Positions 57,381-64,000 of a DNA stretch of 64,000 bases are shown here, in pieces (position 1 is the first letter of the stretch; every line of letters starts with the position of its first letter). Location of the stretch: sequence record NC_019538.1, one strand, 5' to 3'. Below the pieces are notes generated by a model that did not search any database, was not told the origin of the DNA, and was given only the letters and a program-made list of their open reading frames with translations. A program made the translations under genes and the position numbers.

Positions 57381-57893
57381 TCATATCCCCAATTTTGGAA
57401 AAGGCCCAGATGAAGATACATACGCCCTAAATTTTGCAACCCAACCATCAAAAGAACCTATGATAGTCATATTTATAGAATCACTAACTGTTTTTCTAAC
57501 TGGTAGTACAGGATCTGTAATATCGTCATAAACCAACGTCTGTGTATAAGCAACAACCTTTTTTAATTCGCTTGGTGGATTAAATGCTACGAGGTCACAA
57601 GTAGTTGGTTCTGGTAAAGAAGCGAACGAATTTGTTTGTGATATATGTAGAGATGTTCTATCTCTATACTTTAGAACCAAATCTACTTTTCCATCAAAAT
57701 AGTCATTGACTTTCCCATGTAACCTGTTACCATCAAGAAAAATCCCGTCTGGTGCTAGGTCTTCTGACGGAACTACCGCAAAACTCACAAGTTGTTCAGA
57801 TGCGGTTAGTGTATAGCTAAACAAGCTATCCACGGAAGTTTCCCCATCAAAAATGGTTGATTTCCAGTTGGTAGGTGTGTTAATTTGCGCCAT
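57381..57893 (-). CDS. 5.1: gp5.1 homologue
   Basis: F...L...E.LVS, RLHG, L.YR, PV.PVRKT, TI.G.FD.W..KFR.YV; ATG 57893 after GGAGG; CCCTAAATA at 57916-24. Confidence 0.8.
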   Translation of the reverse strand: MAQINTPTNWKSTIFDGETSVDSLFSYTLTASEQLVSFAVVPSEDLAPDGIFLDGNRLHGKVNDYFDGKVDLVLKYRDRTSLHISQTNSFASLPEPTTCDLVAFNPPSELKKVVAYTQTLVYDDITDPVLPVRKTVSDSINMTIIGSFDGWVAKFRAYVSSSGPFPKLGI

Positions 57894-57951
57894 ATAAAAA
57901 TCCTCCATTATGGAGTATTTAGGGTTGTTCATATAAAATAGAGGGTATAGT

Positions 57952-58320
57952 ATGCTAATGTGCAATAAATTCAAATTCAAAAACGAAGAAGCAATGGAAA
58001 AATTTATACGGCTTGGAAAAAAAGATGACAACGAAGAAAACAATCGTATCATAGCGGAAACACTCGGTATGGATATCTTTTTTGTCGATGAAAAACAGGC
58101 AGATGAAATCTATAAAATAGAAGGATATGAAAATCTAAATGAATTCAGCCCAATCTTTACTTCGAAAGAGATGAAAGAATGCCTTATGATAGCCGAATCA
58201 GATGATGAGGAATCGTATGAACCTCCGAAGGTAAACAAAACCAAAAATGATTTATTGGTTTTGCGTAAAGAACTGATGAAGCAAGTACATCGAATTGATG
58301 AAATGTTGGAATCTCTATAA
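57952..58320 (+). CDS. acidic hypothetical protein
   Basis: 122 aa; N-terminal KFKFKNEEAMEKF. Confidence 0.65.
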   Translation: MLMCNKFKFKNEEAMEKFIRLGKKDDNEENNRIIAETLGMDIFFVDEKQADEIYKIEGYENLNEFSPIFTSKEMKECLMIAESDDEESYEPPKVNKTKNDLLVLRKELMKQVHRIDEMLESL

Positions 58321-58332
58321 GGGGAAATAAAT

Positions 58333-58608
58333 ATGAAACTAATTTATGTAGGAACTAATTTTGCTGGTTTTAAAGAAAATCAGGTTCATAATTTTCGAGT
58401 TCGTCGAGAACTAAAAAACTTTATCGAAAAGAACTTTGATAAAGTGGAAGATGAAGAACTTCTGATGGAAGTAAAGATGAAAGAAACCATTTATTGGGAT
58501 TTCTGTCCATATGAACTTGATGTAGGTAGTGGCACTCTATCTTTTGTGTGGGGACTTGAAAAAGAAGCACTCCAAGAATATATCAAACAAAGCGCCGACG
58601 ACATCTAA
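58333..58608 (+). CDS. hypothetical protein
   Basis: 91 aa; AAGGGG SD. Confidence 0.65.
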   Translation: MKLIYVGTNFAGFKENQVHNFRVRRELKNFIEKNFDKVEDEELLMEVKMKETIYWDFCPYELDVGSGTLSFVWGLEKEALQEYIKQSADDI

Positions 58609-58611
58609 AAC

Positions 58612-58640
58612 AAAAGGGATCCCGATGTGGGATCCCTTTT
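58612..58640. terminator. bidirectional terminator
   Basis: AAAAGGGATCCC-gatgt-GGGATCCCTTTT between convergent genes. Confidence 0.85.
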
Positions 58641-58642
58641 CG

Positions 58643-60481
58643 TTAGTTAATACTAACAGTAGAACCACTAATCTCGGTCGTACCTTGAGAGGTAATAAGA
58701 GATTGAGCAGCTTGCGATTTATAGCTACCAGATACAGTTACTGTATAATCACCCAAAACGTTAAGATTCATATCACCCTCAACATTCTGATTGCAGTTAC
58801 CTTGAACTGTTGCAGTTAGATTCCCTTCTATGTCACTAACAACATCACCGCCTACAGATAGGGTCACATCGGCGTCTATACGCGATTCTAAGCCACCGTT
58901 AACAGTTTGCTTAACGTTCCCCTTCACCGACTGTTCAACGTTGCCATAGACCGATTCAGACACATTTCCTTTGACAACCTGAGTCAAGTTTCCATCAACT
59001 TGCTGGGTACAGTTTCCCATAACGTATACGGTCGCGTTACCTTCAACAACTACCTGATAATCACCCTTTACGTTGATCATCCTGTTTGCCATATCGATAA
59101 CATAGTCGTCACCCATAACTTTGTTTACTTGACGACCACCACCAGAGATCTCAATATAGGTTCCTGATGTATGTTTCAGGTTATATCGTTCTTTCCCCGG
59201 AGTATCGTCAAATTCCTGAATGTGACCACTCTCCGATTCATATACATGGTTATATGGGTATTCAGCAGCATATGCGCTTGGTGGTTCTTCGAAAAGAAGA
59301 CCATCGGTGCGAGGCGGTGGCGGAACGGACGGATCATCTGGGTCGATTTCATCAGCAAAAACAACCGGAGAGGACAATGCCATAATAGAACGCTTCATTC
59401 TTCCTGATATTGGGGGAATGGGTGGTTCCTCTGGTTTTGGTTTGACACCGTAAGACTCTAGGTTTCCGGTTAAAATAATCTTGGCGACACGATTCGCTCT
59501 CCCCGGAGTTTGTCTAGCCCAAAGAGAGTCAAGCATACCATTATATGCATCCCGCCAACGTTCTTCATACATAGCGTTTAGCGTATTTTTGAATTTTGCT
59601 AATCCGCCAGCTCCCATCTGAAACGCCATATTTTCTAAAGCCATTTGACGACTTCTATTTTCCTTGACGTAGACACGACGTATATTTTCGAATCTCATCA
59701 TATCGGCACGAGTCTTTTGAATGTCCTCGTTAAACAGCTTTGTAACGTCTTCTGGGGAGATTACACCACCTTGCACAGGATGACCTAACTGTTGAGTTAG
59801 AATCGCATCTATACGGGCTACGTTTCGTGTATTCTCATGTATGATTAAATGACCAATACCTATGGTTGGATATCCAAGGGAATCAAGATACCATTTGTTC
59901 CTAACCCCTTCATCACCCTTCAACATTTTTTCAATTGTGAAATCCGGATCATCATCTGCGATTGCATCTTCAAATGATTTGTCATCAGGGGCTAATGCAC
60001 CAGAAGTATTTTCATCCTGAGTATAAACCGATAACGGCTTCCCATCAATAGAAACTGGTGCCGTTCCATGGATTCCATCCCCTTTTTGTCCACCACCGGC
60101 TAATATATTAACGTCATTACCAATATAACGAGGATATTGACCGGTTGGGTCACAGAAACCCCGCAGAGTATTTGGTTTCTGGACATAGGATCCGGGTATA
60201 GAAAAAAGTATTAAACCATCCTGTTTAAACTCATCCTTGAAAACCCCCATAACCCATACACCCTCTACTAGGTTTGTTGGGCTATTTCCTACACCAGATA
60301 TAGAGGCTGAATCCGTTGATGTGGCACAACGCATCCAAAGAAGTTCATCAGTAGGTATACCAATTAAATCATCTTTTGATTTTTGATCTGTGTGGTATCC
60401 CATCACACGAACTCTATATCTCCCTTGACTAAGAGGATCAAACCGATCCTCTACAACTCCAAAAAAGAATTCAAATTTCAT
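58643..60481 (-). CDS. 5: baseplate hub / tail lysozyme gp5
   Basis: OB fold GVVEDR.DPL..GR.RVRV; lysozyme DEG.R...Y.DSLGYPTIGIGH; C-terminal 8-residue V.G(N/D) beta-helix repeats. Confidence 0.97.
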   Translation of the reverse strand: MKFEFFFGVVEDRFDPLSQGRYRVRVMGYHTDQKSKDDLIGIPTDELLWMRCATSTDSASISGVGNSPTNLVEGVWVMGVFKDEFKQDGLILFSIPGSYVQKPNTLRGFCDPTGQYPRYIGNDVNILAGGGQKGDGIHGTAPVSIDGKPLSVYTQDENTSGALAPDDKSFEDAIADDDPDFTIEKMLKGDEGVRNKWYLDSLGYPTIGIGHLIIHENTRNVARIDAILTQQLGHPVQGGVISPEDVTKLFNEDIQKTRADMMRFENIRRVYVKENRSRQMALENMAFQMGAGGLAKFKNTLNAMYEERWRDAYNGMLDSLWARQTPGRANRVAKIILTGNLESYGVKPKPEEPPIPPISGRMKRSIMALSSPVVFADEIDPDDPSVPPPPRTDGLLFEEPPSAYAAEYPYNHVYESESGHIQEFDDTPGKERYNLKHTSGTYIEISGGGRQVNKVMGDDYVIDMANRMINVKGDYQVVVEGNATVYVMGNCTQQVDGNLTQVVKGNVSESVYGNVEQSVKGNVKQTVNGGLESRIDADVTLSVGGDVVSDIEGNLTATVQGNCNQNVEGDMNLNVLGDYTVTVSGSYKSQAAQSLITSQGTTEISGSTVSIN

Positions 60482-61716
60482 TGTATATCCTTCCCTCTAG
60501 TATCGGAATCAGATATCAATTCTAAGTTCATGATATAAGAGCCCTGTGTACAGACATGATTTATTGAGTTGATAAGCCAGCGTCCTGCATCTTTTGATGT
60601 CATTTCACCATTCATATCACCCGCAATAATATTTACCACTTGACCACAACTCAGGTCCGAATTACCGGCAACTTGGATAAGCATTCTTTTTGCGTTTAGT
60701 GATGTTCGGTTTGTTGCTCTTATACCAAGAGAGTTACCATTAGAACCCATATTGATATACTTATACATCTGATCTTCTGTTGTGAAATAAACACAAGCAT
60801 TTCTTTCTGGTTTTATATCACCACCAAACCATGGCTCTGGGTTTAGTGTTGGATATACATCTTTTACAGACGTATAATCCTGATAACTATTTGTATAAAG
60901 CTTTTTATCCAAAGACATCGAATGAACGTTAACGCCAAGACCACCATTCCTATATTGTTCTGGTATGTTGTATCCCTTAACACGCTGCATCTTGATTATC
61001 TTGTTATACATTGTCGTGTCGTGGGTTGCTTCAAATATCAGATCGACTACAGGGTCTCCAACCATCATTGATGTACCAGTTCTGAATTTGGCTCCATCTA
61101 CATCCTCATAAAAATAGAAATTACTATCACCCTTTGAATTAACATCTGATGATTGTGCAGAAGAAGCCAAGAAATTAATAACTGATATCGGTGTTAAATT
61201 TGGAATTACAATATCCCGGTTATAAAGCGTTGGTTCAACAAATATAGTTTCATCAGTGAATCCAATCACCCGGAGCATATCAGAAACTATTGCATGAATG
61301 GATGTCCCTTTATAGCTTTTACTGATCCGACTGTATTCATTCTTATGGTCTTGTTCGGATACAAGATGAAGCCTTACAAACTTTTGGGTTTGTGTATTTG
61401 GGTTTGTAATATCTTCATAACGAGTAACCTTGAATATTTTAGAATACGTTTTTGCATCAGTTCCGTTTAAATGGACAGACCTAAAACTTATTTGTACCTT
61501 CTCATCACCTCTTGGATTAATTGAGTTTATTAAATTCATGAAATCAACAAATTCAAGGGTGCCTTTCAGCAACCCTTGACTAATCCCTTCATATATGGAG
61601 AAGGATTTGAATATATCAGTTATATCAAACCCTTCACTATCCAAGCTTTGAAAGAAAACAATACGCTCAATGGTAAAGTTTTCATACGCCGCCGTACTGC
61701 GTCTACTTATTCCCAC
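60478..61716 (-). CDS. gp27-like baseplate hub protein
   Basis: 412 aa between genes 53 and 5; DIT......IYE, FYFYED..G..F, V.GNSDL.CG.V..I, GRWLI..I.H, typical of gp27/gpD-type hubs. Confidence 0.7.
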   Translation of the reverse strand: MGISRRSTAAYENFTIERIVFFQSLDSEGFDITDIFKSFSIYEGISQGLLKGTLEFVDFMNLINSINPRGDEKVQISFRSVHLNGTDAKTYSKIFKVTRYEDITNPNTQTQKFVRLHLVSEQDHKNEYSRISKSYKGTSIHAIVSDMLRVIGFTDETIFVEPTLYNRDIVIPNLTPISVINFLASSAQSSDVNSKGDSNFYFYEDVDGAKFRTGTSMMVGDPVVDLIFEATHDTTMYNKIIKMQRVKGYNIPEQYRNGGLGVNVHSMSLDKKLYTNSYQDYTSVKDVYPTLNPEPWFGGDIKPERNACVYFTTEDQMYKYINMGSNGNSLGIRATNRTSLNAKRMLIQVAGNSDLSCGQVVNIIAGDMNGEMTSKDAGRWLINSINHVCTQGSYIMNLELISDSDTRGKDIQ

Positions 61717-62269
61717 GGATACGCTCCATTAATCTTGTATATTCATCCATAAACCTACCCAGATCAGACGGATTTAAAACGTTTATGGTTCTCTTGGATT
61801 CGTTGGTTGCTAATTCATGTTCTATAGCAGTAACAGGGACTAAAGTCCCGGTATGCTGTTTATATAGATGAGCGGTATCCCCTTCATCATACCAAACACC
61901 AGAACCAACAGGATATTCTTTCATACGAAAATACATCTCACCATTTTCATCAATATGATATAAAACAGTTCCCTCTTTTGCTGGAAGGTTTTTATATTTT
62001 TGTGCTGTATATTGATGAACTATTTCTTCCTCACATATCCAATCATAAAAAGGATCGTATACTTGGTTAAGAAATAGTAGGATCCAATAATATTTCGTAT
62101 CCCCATATAAATCATAGGAAACAACTTCTGGTCTGGGAGAACCAGATACGATATATTTTCTTACAATGAATTTGCTCAAAATATCATCAAAATAGTTACC
62201 ATGTGGACGAAATATATCAGCAGTTGGTGCCCCATTATATTTTATAGGGGGGAAATAGTTAAATAACAT
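61703..62269 (-). CDS. 53: baseplate wedge subunit gp53
   Basis: MLFNYFPPI.Y...ADIFR, GSPRPE.VSY.LYG...YYWILL..N.VYDPF.DW. Confidence 0.93.
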   Translation of the reverse strand: MLFNYFPPIKYNGAPTADIFRPHGNYFDDILSKFIVRKYIVSGSPRPEVVSYDLYGDTKYYWILLFLNQVYDPFYDWICEEEIVHQYTAQKYKNLPAKEGTVLYHIDENGEMYFRMKEYPVGSGVWYDEGDTAHLYKQHTGTLVPVTAIEHELATNESKRTINVLNPSDLGRFMDEYTRLMERIRGNK

Positions 62270-63327
62270 TATCTCTTACCTCCATACGATCCGAAGAAGA
62301 ATTCACCAGAATCGGGATTACCCAAATCTGATGTAAGAGCTTCCCAGTAATCGCGATAAACCGGACGAAGTTCTGTAACAGTGATTTCTAGATCTATTGC
62401 AACAGAATCAGCAGCCGTTGACGCGAATGTATCATATATTTGGTCTGGGGTTTTGTTGATCCGGATATTACTAATACCGGCTGGACCCATTGCAAATTTA
62501 GGTGTAAATCTAATCTTCTGTTCTTGACTTTGACTTACCCTTTCCTCGATAAACCATAGAGGGGGAACTTCTAGATAAGTATACCCTTCCCCAGCTCCGA
62601 GTTCTGAATCCGTACCAATTCCAAGAGAAGCAAGATCTACAGCCCCTTTGTTTTCAGCAGCACTAAGAACCATAAAAGTTTTGATTATTTGCCCAACCTC
62701 TTTTAATTCTGCCATAGATCTTGGTCGGAATTGAAATATAAATGTTTGGGAACGTACACCAGTACCACGATACATTTGAGCGGCTCGGTCACCAAGCAAA
62801 TTACCAGTCACCTGAGAATTATATCGTTGTGCAATACCACCAGTAGAGACAATGACCTTTTGAGCCATTGCGTTTACAACGGCTTTGCCGCCGTTTGCAA
62901 TACTATCCAATGTACCATCTCTTTCTGATGCGTTAGCTTGATAGTTCATAACTATATCTTGAAGGAATCCACCATCATTATCTTCATAATTATGACTAAT
63001 GTTTTCGTTCATGTTTGGCATATATAACTGAATAACTGCTAGGGTTTCTTCGTTGAATTTACCCTTAACAGACCTCATAGAACGTTCGTGGATATCACTA
63101 TTTTTAAGCCCCCCATTTGTTGGTTTTACGGCATAGAAAACTAGATAAGAAGAGTGTTTGTTGTCACTACCCTTCATGGTTAATGGGTACTGCAAAGCCT
63201 TTATACCGGGTTTCTTAGAGTTTTTATTTTCTATAATAAGATCTGTTCCCTCTGACTTAGTGTCAGTGAGTGGGTTGAAACTACCACCGGTAGCTCGGTT
63301 AACCCCATTGAGAATATTAACTTTCAT
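62269..63327 (-). CDS. 48: baseplate tail-tube cap gp48
   Basis: LQYPL, IQLYMP, Y.G...RS..F.F.FRPRS..E...V..II..F, GP..IS.I. Confidence 0.75.
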   Translation of the reverse strand: MKVNILNGVNRATGGSFNPLTDTKSEGTDLIIENKNSKKPGIKALQYPLTMKGSDNKHSSYLVFYAVKPTNGGLKNSDIHERSMRSVKGKFNEETLAVIQLYMPNMNENISHNYEDNDGGFLQDIVMNYQANASERDGTLDSIANGGKAVVNAMAQKVIVSTGGIAQRYNSQVTGNLLGDRAAQMYRGTGVRSQTFIFQFRPRSMAELKEVGQIIKTFMVLSAAENKGAVDLASLGIGTDSELGAGEGYTYLEVPPLWFIEERVSQSQEQKIRFTPKFAMGPAGISNIRINKTPDQIYDTFASTAADSVAIDLEITVTELRPVYRDYWEALTSDLGNPDSGEFFFGSYGGKR

Positions 63328-63352
63328 TTTTAAACCTCATGTTGTTTACTTG

Positions 63353-63375
63353 TATTTAGGGGCAAACCCTAAATA
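63353..63375. promoter_or_regulatory. back-to-back late promoters (gene 48 and gene 4)
   Basis: TATTTAGGG-gcaaa-CCCTAAATA, a perfect 9-bp inverted repeat. Confidence 0.8.
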
Positions 63376-63396
63376 AAACAAATAGGAGAATTTATT

Positions 63397-63867
63397 ATGG
63401 CCGGAAATAACACATACAAAGGTCAATACTTTGTAAAGAATAGAGAAAAATATAAAGGTGATCCAAAAAAGGTTACCTACCGTAGTTCGTGGGAAAAGTA
63501 TATAATGGAGATGCTGGATAATAATCCAGACGTTAGATATTGGAATAGTGAATGTATGGTTATTCCGTATTTTTCTAATGCAGATGGAAAGAAACGACGT
63601 TATTTTATGGATATGTGGATACAGTGGTCTGACGGTTCTATTTCTCTCTGGGAAGTTAAGCCTAAAAAAGAATGCTTTCCACCAGTACCACCAAAAAGGA
63701 ATACATTAAAAGCAAAAAATGCTTATATTCAAGCTGTGTATACATGGCAAGTCAATAACGACAAATGGAAAACCACCGCAGAATTATGCAAGAAAAAAGG
63801 GTGGAGATTTAATATAATTAATGAGGACTCATTGAAAGCAATGGGTTTCAAAGGACTTACTAAATGA
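63397..63867 (+). CDS. 4: head completion nuclease gp4
   Basis: KN.EKYKGDPKK.TYRSSWE, W.SE..VIPYF.NADGKKRRYFMD.W, EVKPKKE, VN.DKW. Confidence 0.95.
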   Translation: MAGNNTYKGQYFVKNREKYKGDPKKVTYRSSWEKYIMEMLDNNPDVRYWNSECMVIPYFSNADGKKRRYFMDMWIQWSDGSISLWEVKPKKECFPPVPPKRNTLKAKNAYIQAVYTWQVNNDKWKTTAELCKKKGWRFNIINEDSLKAMGFKGLTK

Positions 63868-64000
63868 TATTCGAAATAACGGAACGTGCAGAGTCCACAA
63901 CAGAAAAACGCAATAGAAAACAATGGATTGATGTTGGTGTTGATTATATGAACGCCAAGAAAAAGAACCCAAGTCTTACTGCAAAGAAATATGCAGAGGA
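63864..64000 (+). CDS. 2: DNA end protector gp2, 5' part
   Basis: Read by hand: MIFEITE...KQWIDVGVDYMNAKKK...TAKKYAE resembles the T4 gp2 N-terminus; ATGA overlap with the gene 4 stop. Confidence 0.75.
   Translation, partial: MIFEITERAESTTEKRNRKQWIDVGVDYMNAKKKNPSLTAKKYAE

Noticed and set aside
57925-57953. TTGTTC-17-TAGTAT promoter for ORF 57952
   Set aside because: The -10 overlaps the ATG, so the transcript would start after both candidate start codons.

Overview
A 64-kb segment of an AT-rich T4-like myovirus genome (Straboviridae-type). No bacterial chromosome genes, rRNA, tRNA or CRISPR arrays were seen. From left to right it holds four blocks. (1) Long tail fibre genes 35 (partial) and 34. 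(2) The replication/late-transcription block rnh-dsbA-33-59-32, then 30.2, DNA ligase, dda, uvsY.-2, uvsY, and uvsW/uvsW.1 split by a free-standing homing-endonuclease-like gene. (3) An accessory stretch (about 18-24.7 kb) with a HAD phosphatase, RNA ligase 2, a secreted LprI/DUF1311-like protein, inh, a structured non-coding element, and adjacent SLOG-fold and RyR-domain genes. (4) The near-complete virion module on the minus strand (24, 23, 22, 21, 68, 67, 20, 19, 18, 17, 16, 15, 14, 13, wac, 12, 11, 10, 9, 8, 7, 6, 25, 5.4, 5.1, 5, 27-like, 53, 48), then 4 and the start of 2. Late genes are preceded by CTAAATA rather than T4's TATAAATA. That motif and the very long wac recall Aeromonas schizo-T-even phages (Aeh1/65-like), but this is inference and the host is not provable here. 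Most notable: the SLOG + RyR pair (candidate nucleotide-signal counter-defence); a multi-foldon Wac with a probable distal lectin/Ig adhesin partner; a periplasmic lysozyme-inhibitor-like protein; a promoter-driven GNA-triloop element (candidate origin); and a one-base frameshift splitting essential gene 7. All family assignments come from motif recognition and remembered T4 sequences; no database searches were run.
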